Part shown: positions 1 through 15,516 of the stretch, in pieces
Layout: each line of letters opens with the position of its first letter
Position numbering within the stretch: the first letter of the stretch is position 1
From: Octopus vulgaris
Lineage: Eukaryota
NCBI GenBank assembly: GCA_951406725.2
Contig: OX597821.1
Location: forward strand, 5,022,001-5,086,000
Direction of reading: 5' to 3'
DNA: 64,000 nt
Program-made: the position numbers and the translations under genes
The notes under the pieces: model-generated
Databases searched by the model: none
What the model was told of the DNA's origin: nothing
What the model saw: only the letters and a program-made list of their open reading frames with translations

Positions 1-51
1 CCGCTAAGCATTTTGTGCAGCGTGCTAACGTTTCTGCCAGTACACCGCCTT
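1..51 (-). mobile_element. 5' head fragment of tRNA-derived SINE (AAGGCGGYGAGCTGGCAGAA family)
   Basis: Reverse complement AAGGCGGTGTACTGGCAGAAACGTTAGCACGC..ATGCTTAGCGG matches the start of the copy at 38527; cut by the window edge. Confidence 0.6.
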
Positions 52-60
52 AATACTACT

Positions 61-138
61 AATAATAATCATATCAATAACAATATTGATGATGATGATG
101 ATGCTGATGATGATGATGATAATAATAATAATAATAAT

Positions 139-174
<36 letters not shown>

Positions 175-260
175 AATAATAACAAATAATAATAATAATA
201 ATAATGATAATAATAATAATAATAATAACAATAATAGTAATGATAATAATAATAATAATG
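61..260. repeat. compound (AAT)/(GAT)/(AAC) microsatellite
   Basis: Directly visible trinucleotide runs. Confidence 0.95.
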
Positions 261-420
261 CAGACGGTCACACATATTTATCAAACACGCATCGTCGTAA
301 AGTGTAATCACTAAGTGAACGTAGAATCGAAATCTACAAAGATCCTTACATCTGTGTTTGAAATTCTAATCTAAAAACCATTAGGGTGAATTCCTCTTAA
401 CACCGTCAGTTTGTTCTAAG

Positions 421-504
421 CATACATACATACATATATACAAGCATACAAGCATACAAGAATACATACATACATATATACAAACATACATACATACATA
501 AATG

Positions 505-538
<34 letters not shown>

Positions 539-541
539 CGC

Positions 542-577
<36 letters not shown>

Positions 578-761
578 GTATATGTATATATATATATGTA
601 TATATATGTATATATATGTGTAGGTATATACATATATGTATTCATATGTATACGTACACGCATATATATATATATATACGTGCATATACATATATTTGTA
701 TATATATACATACATATATATATATACACATATATACATATATATATATATACATACATAC

Positions 762-822
<61 letters not shown>
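421..822. repeat. (TA)n/(TACA)n microsatellite array (one of dozens in the window)
   Basis: Directly visible; source of the YIYI ORFs. Confidence 0.95.
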
Positions 823-823
<1 letters not shown>

Positions 824-1218
824 GTGCATTGCTGTTTGTTTAGTTCTAGTCATTAGTCAGCATTTCATTCGCTAGAGATTTGTTTTAAGGTCATCTTTAA
901 AATCACATCGTAACTAGATTCTTCTTTATGGATGGCTACCGCTTGTCTTTGATGTTCTTTGAATTCGTTCCGACATTTCGGCTACGATATGACACGCTTG
1001 TTAATATTTGATGGCAATCTGGTTTAAAGCATTTCGGGTTAAATCTAAGATCACCTCTATTAATATTACCGCTTTACTACGTCATTTTTGCTTTTAAAGC
1101 CGTTCACTTTAAATGCTGCAAAGTAATTTTATTTGTCCCTCTTACACTGTCTCTCAATTTCGTATTCTCTTTCAATCTAATATAAAAATGTGTATATCTT
1201 CGTCTGAGGGATTGTACT

Positions 1219-1308
<90 letters not shown>

Positions 1309-1549
1309 TATGTATGTATGTATGTAAGCACGCATGTACTTAAATCTGTTTTTAGCACCATATTTTCATTCGTTCATTTTCCTACCCCACTGTGTGCACA
1401 TAGACATACGTACCTGTTTCTCTGCGTGTGTGCTTGTATGTGTATGTATCTATGCTATAAAGAGGGAGGGAGAGGAAAAATAAAATTGTATATATGTATG
1501 TATTCACACATACACACACACATATACATATATACATACATACATACGA

Positions 1550-1590
<41 letters not shown>

Positions 1591-1631
1591 TATATACATA
1601 TATATATACATATATATTCATATATACATAT

Positions 1632-1704
<73 letters not shown>

Positions 1705-1707
<3 letters not shown>

Positions 1708-1891
1708 AGAATTCGCGAAAAATACTAGAGACGAAGACAGGTGGTGTAGAAAACAAACAGATGTATTAATATAACGCTCGGGAATTGAAAATGTATTTTA
1801 CGTTTCGAGCCTACGCTCTTCCACAGAAAGGAACACAGAAAGAAACAAGGAGAAAAAAATGTGTGTAGTGGCTACCGATCTATCATGGCGA
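1705..1891 (-). mobile_element. ~185-bp interspersed repeat with hammerhead-like motif (family A, copy 1)
   Basis: Homologous to 11677-11856 and 16544-16736 (opposite orientation); abuts (TA)n; minus strand 1795-1830 reads CTTT-CTGTGGA-A-GAGC-GTAG-GCTC-GAAAC-GTA-AAAT. Confidence 0.7.
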
Positions 1892-4189
1892 TGTATGTAT
1901 GTATGTACGCATGCATTCCGAAATATTTTTCCGTTATTAGTACTTTTTGTTGAGAGCTTCGTCTTTGTGTACGCTTGCAAGAAGACGAGTGAAGCAAATT
2001 TCTGATTCTTGCGTTTCTTTTCCTACGATTTTCAGTAAAAATCCGTTTACCGCAGATATTCTCGCGTACAATTATACTATATTATAGTAATGGCAAGTTT
2101 CCCCATCTAAGTGCATTTGTGATCGACTTCACTCATTAATTTTTAATTTTTTTTTGGAAAAAGAGCAAAAAGCTTGACGCAGTACCACGTAGTTGAGTCA
2201 TGTGATTTAGATATACAGAGGAAAGAAATGGCTTTAAACAGTATGAAATGTTCTGTAATATCTGTATATAGACAGACCTTCTCAGAAAGAAATGTTAAAT
2301 ATATACGGCCTCTGCGCCGACTTACTTTTTTTTTAATATTCCCCGTCTCTTTTTCTCTTTCGATTTCTCCCTCACTCGCTCTCTTACTCCGTCCTTCTCT
2401 CTTTCTCTCTTTCTCTATCTATCTACTCTGTCTCTTTCTGATTTGAAGTGAAAACATATTTTCCTCACACACTTCTAAGTCTACTCAAAATTTTAAATAT
2501 AATTAATGCTAACAGTTCTGATGGTACACGAAATATTGAAATAGCCTTTCTACAAGTAAAAAGATTGTTGAACCATTTCTAAAAACTATTTTTGAATATT
2601 TATTATTCAAGTGCATGAAATAATTCAGACAAAAACCTCACACGAGCTTTTCTGTCATATAATTTAAATACTATTAATTAATACAAATGTACATGATTAG
2701 CAAATCAACTCAGAACTAGATATAGTGACAAAACTGAACTCGAGGCAGTTCACATTTGCATACTACTTTTTCAAAAATTGTCAACCCAATTTTCGATTGA
2801 AAAAATTCATTCAACTTTATTTACGAAGCCAAAAAATAGTAATACGAAGCCAAAAAAAGATACTAATACGAAGATAATAAATAGTAACACTCAAAGAAAA
2901 AATTACTTTGGCTACTGTGAAAGAGAACTAGAACAGTAACAAAATGGCGAATATATATATTCCAAAAAACAAATTGAATATGACTTTTAAAATACGACAT
3001 TAAATTCTATTACCCTTCAATGAGTATAAGGTTCCGTATATTAGTGGATAGTGTGACAGGCTCACGGTCATAAGAACGTGAGTTCGATTCCTAGGCAAGG
3101 AAGCTTCAATCTATTCGGCTAATATATGTACCAGCCGGGATATAGTATAACCTTGTCTTGCCGTATATGTCATCTTCGGCTGTACCATTTATCAAAATGA
3201 TATCTATATCCGATCGTGAATATGCAAAAACCTACAGCAATGAGTGAGGTCGTCGTACATACTATCAAATCATGCTCGCTTGCAATTACTGGTTGGGGTT
3301 TCGCTTCCTTGTCTGTATGACATAAATTATTAATAATATTTAATTACAGCAAACTGTTCAAAACCATAAAGGTATTAAAATCAATACGATTTACATCGAC
3401 GGCTACTGTGGATTTCTATTACATTTTATGCATTAAACCAGTGTCGAGAACCGCATTTCATGTCAGCATGGATTTCAGTGTCACTGATGAAATTAGAGAA
3501 TCTAAATGTGTAAAAATATTAACTTTATTGCGTAATAAAGTTCTGAAATATTCGGATGGATAGGGATTCCCGGTTATAAAATATATTCACCGCCAAACAA
3601 CGAAGAAAATAAACAACGAAAAACGCGTTTAAACAAAGACGAACTTAAAATTACCCCTTTAATAATATCTTAGTTGCAAATGTTGTAGATTAAATCTAAA
3701 ACAAAACTCGCGACAAATCTCCTACTGCTACCACTACTACTACGACCCCCTATTACCTGCACAAACTGTTAACTCATCACAGGAATATTATAAGCTAATC
3801 ATTAACAAAATATTTCGTGCTGAATAACACAATTATCAGTCAACAAGCATTCTTCATTGATTCTTGGATATGCATATGTATACACACACATATACACACA
3901 TGCATGCACGCATATATATATATGTGTGTGTATGTTTGTGTGCGTGAGAGTGTGTGCGTGTGTGTGTATGTGTGTGTGTGTGTGTGTTTGTTGGTAAAAT
4001 ATTTTAACTCTAATTTAAAGATAAAGTTAAATATTTTGGTAAGAAGATTGCTTCTGATGAAGAGTCAGTCCCACTGCCTGTCACCGGGGGCAAAAAAATT
4101 TCTACTATATCCCCCGAGCCTGCCAAAGCTTTCCGTTTGGATTTGGCAGACAAACTGAAGGATAAAAGAAAGAGAGATAGAGAGAAAGA

Positions 4190-4688
<499 letters not shown>

Positions 4689-5378
4689 GTGATCGGAGAG
4701 TTGTTTATTCTCCTCTTCTGCTTGAAAATGGAAGTTGGTTTGTTTAGATCTCTTATAAAAGATCCAAAAACCTGACAGAAAACGTACCAAAAAATAAGCA
4801 CTTGGCCGATTCCTTCGATTAACAGAACATCATGTTATTCTCCCACGGTAGTTAGAGTCGAAAAAGTGAAATAAAGGAAGAACATAATATTCAACGTGAA
4901 TTTACCAAGCGAGTGTAGATGAAAAGCTAACATGATGCCAACTCTCATCAACATTAACTTTTAAGAGTACCAAATTATATAGCATACTGCACCTAAGTTT
5001 GCCCACATTTTGACTTTAACGCTCAGATTCTTAAGACCTCAAGAAGCAATAGTAGCACTGGTCTTCAGTCTAGAGTATACCAGCTATTCTTTACATTCCA
5101 ACCGATGATGATAGAACAGTATAACTTAGCAAGGCACTATTCAGAATAACACACCCAATGTACATATGTGTATACATGTGTAGTGGCGTCATTTGAAGGC
5201 TAAAACAATGCGAAGCGCATTGTGACCAGCGATGTGATACAACATCTGATAGCCTGGTCGGTCACATGATCACCTAATAATATATGTGTATGCATAAATA
5301 TATTTATGCATACACATACACAAGCACACACGGGCTCACACTCACACACATTCACGAATATATATATATGTATATATA

Positions 5379-5497
<119 letters not shown>

Positions 5498-5500
5498 GTA

Positions 5501-5594
<94 letters not shown>

Positions 5595-5596
<2 letters not shown>

Positions 5597-6148
5597 TACA
5601 AAGTGAGATAGGGGTTATGAGTGTAACCCACTATGGGATATCAGTTATCCAAAATACTGCCAGTGAAATACTCAAAGGGGTAATACATAAATGCTTACAA
5701 TTGCAATGCAATTAGTTCATTTATTGTATTATAAGGGCGAAGGTAAAATGTTTTACCTCAAAATCATAATACAAATAAGAAAATGGAGGAATAGATTCCT
5801 TTCAATCATCAACTTACACATAATACCAATTCATATAATTTATTAACTAATTCATTAAATAGGAACATCCAAGTCCAACAGAATAAAACAGAATAAAATA
5901 ATATACATCAATAAGTAAGATAATACCATAAAAATATTACATATATAATGGATCTTACATCTGTTTCAGCCTGTAGATAAAGGTATCTCATTGTGCCTAT
6001 ATTAGTCAGATGTATTCAGGTAATATGCAGTTAAAAATTAGTTACTTATATATATATATATCTCAAGGCCTCGTCAGAGATTATAAAGTACTATTATGAA
6101 AATATAAAATGCAAATATAAATATGAAACAAAATACACATACACAAGA

Positions 6149-6180
<32 letters not shown>

Positions 6181-6961
6181 TACACATAAGGTTACAGATG
6201 GTCAAATATATATACTGGATTATGCATATATATCCACATCAAAGGGTACATATACAAAGTCCAAAGTTCATTGTATTACATTACCAAAACTATTAATATT
6301 ATTATTATTATTAATAATACCAATAATGGAGTATGTGCATTCTGCTATTCACAATACATAGTAGATGGAAAATACCACAAAAATATAGTATAATATAATA
6401 TAGTGTAATATATTATAATATAGTATATTGTATATTACATATATAATATAGTATAACATAATATATAGACAGATGCCTATGGAAGATGCAAGTACATTAA
6501 TTAAACAAATATTGTAACAAATAATGCCGTTATATTCATATATCATACAATCAAAATCGAAACTTTAGTCTAAATCTGCATACATATATATACACACAGG
6601 TAACAAATACATGTATATGCTTATACATACATGCGCAAAAACATGCACTAATACATATACATATATACAGAGATCGTATCCTTTTACATCATACAAAAGA
6701 TATATGCATGTACATACATAGAGTTCACAGATCAAGAGGTAAGTGATAGGTCGTAACGGGCAGAGATACCATTATCTACAAGATCCATTTCATATGCAAT
6801 GTTTTTATGGTATTATCTTACTTATTGATGCATATTGTTTTATTCTGTTTTATTCTGCTGGATTTGGATGTTCCTATTTAAGTAGTTAATAAATTATATG
6901 AAGTGGTATTATCTGTAAGTTGATGATTGAAAGGAATCTGTTCCTCCATTTTCTTATTTGT

Positions 6962-6965
<4 letters not shown>
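5595..6965. mobile_element. (TA)n-flanked non-coding element with ~185-bp inverted arms (5769-5955 / 6781-6963) and an internal hammerhead; putative Penelope-like derivative
   Basis: Arms are diverged reverse complements (AATAAGAAAATGGAGGAA..GGATCT vs AGATCC..TTCCTCCATTTTCTTATT); (TA)n on both sides. Confidence 0.65.
5952..6081 (-). ncRNA. type I hammerhead ribozyme motif
   Basis: ATCT-CTGACGA-GGCCT-(~90 nt)-AGGCT-GAAA-C-AGAT-G-TA^AGAT: full core, 4-bp stem I, 5-bp stem II, minimal stem III; cleavage predicted between 5956 and 5955. Confidence 0.7.
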
Positions 6966-7044
<79 letters not shown>

Positions 7045-7736
7045 ATGCATATACATATACAAATACATATACATATATTTCTGTGTGAGTGCGCGTGTGT
7101 GTGTGTGTGCGCGTGTGCATGTGCCCATGTAAACTGATACCAATAATATATTACAAAAGTACACCCGGGAAAACCCATTAAATATTAGAACAAACTAAAC
7201 TTAAAAATACAAAATTTATCTACTTCACGACTCCGACTGTTACCTTGACCTGACAAGTATAACATTTACCCGCAGGCTTACCATAAATTTACAGCAGGAA
7301 ACAATTCAACGCACAACCACAAGCTCTAAAACAAAAGATAGACGGAAATTAACATAAAATACATCTATACGTTATATAAATCTCGATAGAATAATGCTCT
7401 TTATTATGGATGCAACATTAATACCATCAACCAAAGGCTACATTCAAAATATATACAGATATCATACATGTTCACCATCTGTTTTAAGACCCTATCGTTT
7501 CTCCGGTGAAATTCTAGCCATGAAGTCTACATTAAGATATATTACTCATTATAAACGTACAGTTTAGAAGCCAACGTCACTCTACATCATGAAGATAGGG
7601 CTGAGACAATCACGAAACATTGGTGAAGTGGAATTTAGAAACCTTGAAATGTTATTGCAAACGAACCATAAGTTACTGATAAGGAAGTATACACGTGCAT
7701 GAGTATGCATCTATTTCTCTATGCGTTTTAATAAAT

Positions 7737-7812
<76 letters not shown>

Positions 7813-7818
7813 TATATG

Positions 7819-7870
<52 letters not shown>

Positions 7871-7878
7871 CATACACA

Positions 7879-7909
<31 letters not shown>

Positions 7910-8646
7910 GTAACTATGTATGCATGTACGTATGGCTAGATGGATGTATTCGCTTTCTCGGTATGTTCTTTGTGCAGATGTTTCCTTCATATGTTTTATG
8001 CACTGCACTTCCTTTCCCTTACAAAAGGTTACCGTTTCACTATTTGTGACAAACTTTACCTTAAAATATATTGTTACTATTCTTATACATGTTTTATTTC
8101 CCAAATGAAACTTCGCTGAGAATGTAAACATTCAAAACAATTCAAAATATTCCTTATATAAAACAAAGCGATCACATAAATATATTATCTTCAACTCTTT
8201 TACGAAACGTTTAATACATGACAATAAAAAATGCGAAAAAACGAAAATAAAAATATCCGGAAAGGTATCCATAAATAAAAAGAATTAGCTTTTTCCCTAA
8301 AATTAAGGGCGGGGTAACGAAGAGAAAAAACAAAACAAAACAAAATCGCCAAAAATCAATTTTCCCTTGAAAATATAATATAACTTTATGATTATTCTCG
8401 TATTCAACCGGCGTATTTTTATATCTCGAATACAATCTCTTCAAGAAGTGTGTATTTTCTATAACGTTAAAAAATTGTGTATATAGGAGAGATAGAATGA
8501 GTGGGATATGTATTACATAAATTAACTTCGTTGTGAATACAATAAAAAATGTATACACAGTAACACACGTACACTCACAACTTTATTCAAGCACACGATT
8601 GGACACCATATATATATATATATATGTGTGTGTGTATTATATATAA

Positions 8647-8700
<54 letters not shown>

Positions 8701-8724
8701 ATTATATATAAATACATGTATATG

Positions 8725-8781
<57 letters not shown>

Positions 8782-9063
8782 ATATATAAACATATATATA
8801 CATATGTGTATGTATGTTTTTTCTGTGTTGGTATGTGTGTATTTCTGTCTCTGTGTATAATTGTGGATACAATATGTATTCGTGTATTTTTTACATAATT
8901 AATTATGTATGAATCAACAACATGCTTACATACACGATTATATACCAGTATATGTATATATATGTATGTATTATATATGTATGCATATATATGTTGATAT
9001 ATATATATATATTTAAATAGATGGGTAGATATACGTATATATGTGTGTATGTATATATATATG

Positions 9064-9125
<62 letters not shown>

Positions 9126-9708
9126 CTTGTTTCTAATCTCATATATACACATGTATTTATAAATGCTTATACATATATATATACATACGTATAAAGACTC
9201 ATACACAATGATAGGCTGTGACGTATGTATATATCACACCTTGTCCTGGTGTGCATGAGAGGGTCTCTCTCTATGCGTGTGTGTGTGTGTGTGTATGTGT
9301 GTATTGTAAGTGTGTGTGTGTGTGATGTATGAGTGTATGTGAGTCTCTGCGGGCGCCTGTGTGAATACGTGCGCGTGTGAGTATTGAATGCTGCTCACTA
9401 CAGAACAAAAGCGGAATGACGTAAAATTCCCCGGTGGAGAAAGAAAATAGACGATGGCGCAAAATTGCCTTCCTGCTAAACTGGTAAATTTTGTTTATTA
9501 GCCAACGGGGAAAACGAAATCCCTTTGGCAACACCGAAAGAGTTACGACTTGGAGCTGTTTATAGATTGCATTGTATAATGGAAAAATGTGGGGACGGAA
9601 GTAAGGATAGAGAGGAAAAAGGGTTAGATGTAAAAATAGTGGATTTTGGGAAATGGAAAGAAAGGCAGAGGAAGTATGAAGTATAGAAATATATACATAT
9701 ATATATGC

Positions 9709-9748
<40 letters not shown>

Positions 9749-9892
9749 GTGTGTCTGTGTGTTAAGTGTGTGTTTGTGTGTGTGCGCATGCATAGGCACA
9801 CGTAAATACACAGAGGTATATACACATTCATGTATAACTAAATATAGAGACACAGACCAGAAAAGATTCATGATTAAAGATACTCAGATATA

Positions 9893-9928
<36 letters not shown>

Positions 9929-10264
9929 TGTATGTATGTATGTATGTATGTATGTATGTATGTGTGTATTTATGTATGTATGTATGTACGTATATACGTA
10001 TGTATTTAAGTATGTAAGTTTATATATAGGCACACACACAGAAAGAGAGAAAGGTGGAGCGAGATATATATACATATATATGTATGCATGTGAATAGTAT
10101 ATATAAATATATATATAATTATATACATACACATTTAATTATATATGTGTGTGTGTATATATTTGCGAGTCTGTGTGCATGTGTATATATGTGTGTGTGT
10201 GATTTAATATGCGTTTATATGTTTATATGTGTATACGTGTGCGTGCTTCCTAATGCATATATAC

Positions 10265-10344
<80 letters not shown>

Positions 10345-10362
10345 GTATATATACACATATAG

Positions 10363-10404
<42 letters not shown>

Positions 10405-10425
10405 CTATATATATATATGTATATC

Positions 10426-10467
<42 letters not shown>

Positions 10468-10479
10468 CATACACATATA

Positions 10480-10537
<58 letters not shown>

Positions 10538-10804
10538 AAGAGGCCTGTAGATCAATTCGCAGATATATACAGGTAGTTAGATAAAGAAAAATGTTGACAA
10601 GTAGATAGTTACATTCGTAAAAACTAACACGCATAATATATATACACACACACACACGAATACTTCTCATGAATATATGTGTGTGTCTGTGTTTGTGTGT
10701 GTGTGTGTGTGTGTCTATGTACATGCACATACATACATTCTCACATATACAGATACACAGATATTTAGAAATATCGTTATAGATACATATATGTATAAAA
10801 TCTC

Positions 10805-10813
10805 AGATAGATC

Positions 10814-10873
<60 letters not shown>

Positions 10874-10897
10874 GATAGATAGATTGATAGATAGATG

Positions 10898-10964
<67 letters not shown>

Positions 10965-10998
10965 GGATGGATGGATGGATGGATGGATGGATGGATGG

Positions 10999-11054
<56 letters not shown>
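10805..11054. repeat. (GATA)n-(GGAT)n-(GA)n compound microsatellite
   Basis: Directly visible. Confidence 0.95.
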
Positions 11055-11058
<4 letters not shown>

Positions 11059-11603
11059 CGGCTAGATTGATAAAGATAGACGAACTAAGAAATATGGCGA
11101 AAGAAATCGTATGAATGAGATTTTATGCTGCAGAAAATAGAAGTACTTAAAATAAAGTTGCATTGCCAGACTTTTGTTTATTTCTGGAAATAAGGAATGT
11201 ATATTTGAGCAGATTTAGAGCTGACAAGGGAAACAGTTTCCAATATTTAAGGTGCTTAAAGAAAGGGTTTATGTTGTTTATAACAAGGACAAAATGCCAA
11301 ATTTAGCGCCAGCAATTCTGTGCCAGAATTTTAAACTACTCCCAATGCTGCAGGAATTCTTAATCAAAGATTTGCTATTGGGAGTGGGCGACTGAATAGA
11401 TTTCCAAACAACAGAGATAGATTTTATAAAGAATGTTTTGTTTTGTTTTTTGTTTTCTTTTTTAGCTCGTAGTTTGCGGTGCATGTTGTCTTGATGATTT
11501 AATAAATGAAAGCGGAAGTATATATAGATTCATGCGCAGGAAACAACGCTTGAATTTGTGTTTATAGATAGACGACATAACACACACACACGCACACACA
11601 CAT

Positions 11604-11648
<45 letters not shown>

Positions 11649-11676
11649 AGTATTATGACGTTTTTCTATAAACAAT

Positions 11677-11856
11677 TCGCCATGATAGATCGCCAGCCAC
11701 TACACATTCTTTATTTTCTCTCCTTGCTTCTTTCTGTGTTCTTTTCTGTAGAAGAGCGTGGGCTCGAAACGTTAAAGACTTTTCACTTCCCGAGCGTTAT
11801 ACTAATACATCTGTTTGTTGTCTACACCACCTGTCTCCGTCTTTTGAATTCTCCCC
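11677..11856 (+). mobile_element. family A repeat, copy 2, with hammerhead-like motif at 11741-11778
   Basis: CTTTT-CTGTAGA-A-GAGC-GTGG-GCTC-GAAAC-GTT-AAAG; followed by (TA)n. Confidence 0.7.
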
Positions 11857-11864
11857 ATATACAA

Positions 11865-11947
<83 letters not shown>

Positions 11948-11950
<3 letters not shown>

Positions 11951-12078
11951 CGGAATGGTCATATTGCCAGTTTAGCCAATAAAAACACACGCACTATATA
12001 TTTGGTGTTATTTTGCTTCAGTGATATTTATTTTTTACATTAATCTTAATCTTATTTCGGCCAAAGTTCTTTCGTCAA
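11948..12078. mobile_element. (TA)n-flanked repeat fragment (family B), related to the 16084-16400 element
   Basis: Shares GGTCAT..GCCAA.TAAA.AC.C.CACTATATATTTG..CTTCAGT with 16098-16147. Confidence 0.5.
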
Positions 12079-13379
12079 TATTTAAACGTATATATATATA
12101 TATATATATCTTTAATATTTAGAATGATTGCCCAACACTACGTTATGTGTGTGTGTCTCTGTCAGTGTGTGTATGTGTTTATGTTCGTATGTTTATGTGT
12201 TTGTGTGTGTGTGCATGTGTTTGTGCGTGTCTGTGTGTGTATATATATACACGCGCACGCACACATACACACAAATATAGTGTTTTCTGGTGGAAACTGG
12301 AAATGTAGGACGCAATAGATGAGTATATATACGTTTCACCATTTTTAATCGGCAAGAAGTTATACAGTAACTCAAGAGCAGAAGGGTTCGTGCCTGTCGG
12401 GGCTTTTTTTCTTCTTCTTGTCCAAAACTAATGCAATTAGACGAAGCATGTCCTACTCAAGCTTTTTCCGATACTCGTCGCTGAATCGGTTTTACTAAAT
12501 AAGTTTAGTATCCATTGCTGTTACTAAACATTACGACTGGTTGCGATTCCATTCTTAAAGCTAAAACCAATTTCCATCAAGCGGATTTTCTTCTCAATCC
12601 TTAGATCCGTGACTGAAGCTATTTTTGGAAACTCAGAATATACAATACAACGGTATGGAACTGGGAGCCCTATGTTTAGTATGTTTATTAAGCATAATAG
12701 TATGTTTAGTATATCTGCAAAAGTTAGTTGATTTCTAAACTATAATCGTGTCCCGATCTTGGCATATATGAGGCGAGACCTTCCGGCATTTCCAAAAGCA
12801 GAAGTAGTCTTCCATACAAAATCTGGTTCACGGCATTATTGTGTTCCGTAGTTTTCGAACGATCCCAGATCACTTGAATTGTAAAATACAACTGAACGCG
12901 TTCTGTTTGATGTTAATACCCGGATTTTGTCGCGAATATATTTATGATCATTGGTTGTTAAATAAGGATACAGGTTTCATGTACTTATTCTAGAACATAG
13001 TCAAACTACTTATAATTTATTCAAAACTTTTTTGGACTGGTTCGCCGTATAAAACCCGTCATAGATTTTTCCTTCAATAAAAGAGACTATAAATAGTTAG
13101 AAGAATAGTATTTTGAATAATGTCTCGGAATGGGAATTCAGGTCATTGCAGGCATTGAACTGATAGGGTCATCTTTCCTTTTGAGAAATAGAGTAGGAAA
13201 ATATTCATTAGATATATAAATAGTTTGTTCTTTTCTTTTTTGTTTTTGTCTTCGTTCTTTTTTTTGGGGGGGGTTTGGTGTTTTGTTTTTAGCTTTTTAA
13301 ATATTCCTCTGAAACACTGTTGACGCTTGCAAAACTCAATACATTGAAAGAGTATGAATACGAATTATTCCATTTGTAC

Positions 13380-13762
13380 GTGTGTATGTATGTATGTATG
13401 CATGTATGTATGTATGTATGTATGCATGTATGTATGTATGTATGCATGTATGTATGTATGTATGCATGTATGCATGTATGTATGCATGCATGTATGTATG
13501 TATGTATGTATGTGTGTATGTATGTATGCATGTATGTATGTATGTATGTATGTATACGTGCATGTATGTATGTATGTATGCATGTATGTATGCATGCATG
13601 TATGTATGTATGCATGCATGCATGTATGTATGTATGTATGTATGTATGTATGTATGTATGTATGTATGTATGTATGTATGTATGTATGTATGTATGTATG
13701 TATGTATGTATGTATGCATGTATGTATGCAAGTATGTATATATATATATATGTATGTATGTG
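13380..13762. repeat. (TATG)n/(CATG) array
   Basis: Directly visible. Confidence 0.95.
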
Positions 13763-14789
13763 TGAATTCCCGCTGTTGATGCGTCTTATGTAAGTATGCG
13801 TTTTGCATAAATATGAAAATGAGTACTCTTAAAATTAAATATTCGTATATATATGTGTGTGCCTGCTTGTGTGTGTATACGTAATGTGTATATATATATA
13901 TATATACAGCTATCTATATAAATGGCTGTGTGTATCTGTGTGTGCGTGTATGTGTTTGTATTTGTACCTGTCTATAGCAGTATTAGAAACACAAATACAT
14001 ATATCTACCCATAAACACAAACAATATGCATTCATTCGCACATACAAACACAAATATATACACACAAACAGTGAAACGTTGTAAATGCACAAGTTTATAC
14101 ACTGTTTGAAACGAACACACACTTGAGTGTGCATACATGCATAGAATATCTATGTGTCTGCGTGTTTGTGTTTTAGTGTATGTGAATATGTAATCCTGTG
14201 TGTGCTTGTATTTGTCGTACTCATTCCGATTAGGTAATACATATATTCATATAATTTAATTCCTCTTTTATGCATATGTATTAGCTTCATACATATTTAT
14301 AGATTCATAGTCTAAAATATCCTCTGTAAAATGCAATATTTTAATAAAACTCCATTTTGTTTCTAAAGTACCCCATGTCTTTAGAATGAAATACATACAT
14401 ACTACGTTAAAATAATTTCTTCATTTCTTCTATGCGAAATAATGTCTTTTCTTTCTAAGTAAGCTAGCCAACTTACTGATATTTCTTGACTGTGTTTTTC
14501 CCTTATTTGCTTGACTTCTGTTTCCTGAAATTACTTGATATTCATTGTGCTTACTCTGGGTTCTATTTAAAGAGACTATTTAAAAGTTCTGCTAAGTTAG
14601 ACTCAGATCTCTCATACCTGGATGAAAGTAAATCATCCTTGATAATTTCATTACTGAATTTGCTACAAATAGCAACTAAATCCTCTTCAAATCATATCCG
14701 TATCTTCTTTTTAAAAATAAAACAGTAAACCTGTTGAGTAATGTAATTTTTAGTGAACTATCTATCGGAGCAAAGATAATTCTTTCGGA

Positions 14790-14989
14790 TTTTGACACGA
14801 GACCAGCAGTTTTCGGATAAGAGAGGAAATTGATTACAACAGACTCCAGTGCTCAAATGGTAATTTTTTTTTCACGACACGAAAAGAAGGAACAGTAGAG
14901 TTAACATCAGCGGAATTTAATCGCCGAACGCAAAGAAGGACTATGCATTTCGCACGACGCGCTAATCATCCTTCCAGCTCACCGCCTTA
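14790..14989 (-). mobile_element. degenerate tRNA-derived SINE (AAGGCGG family)
   Basis: Ends CCAGCTCACCGCCTT; contains GCGGAATTT; similar to the 38527 copy. Confidence 0.5.
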
Positions 14990-15516
14990 CCGAATTATGA
15001 TAATGAAAACTAAGGCGGCCAGGCCAAGGACGGTTTTAGGTCTAGAGCATGAAATTTGATCTAAGGTTGAACAACAACACATTGTTAAATATTTTGGCAA
15101 TCTGGAATCTCAACGCGATTTACAAAGAAATTGTCACCATGAGTTAATCGATAAGCCATAAGGAAACATTCATTTAGCTTGCTTTCCAGCTTCTTGTCAT
15201 CGCATTATCATCATCAAAATTTTATTATCTTTGCCATAGCCACCTAATTCAGGATCGAGTGTTTGGTAGTAGTTTTTTCTTCAATATTTTATCAAGTGAA
15301 ACCCCTTGTATATTTTCTCACTCCTTGTTTTGTGACTTATCGTATCTTTTATCATTTATTTGTTTCAGCCATTGAATTTCGGCCAAGTCGGCACCCCACG
15401 TTAACTACTTTAGTCAAATAAATCGCTACCAGTACTTATTTTTTCACGTCTCGTACATATTCTATTGCTCAAACACATATACACACATGCATGCACACAT
15501 ATATATATATTGTATT

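Noticed and set aside
7575-7632. ATGAAGA...CACGAAACATTGGT hammerhead-like remnant
   Set aside because: Core and stems too degenerate to support
9340-9680. CpG-containing unique island with TGACGTAA and TGGCGC motifs as a promoter
   Set aside because: Short motifs are expected by chance and no adjacent exon was identified
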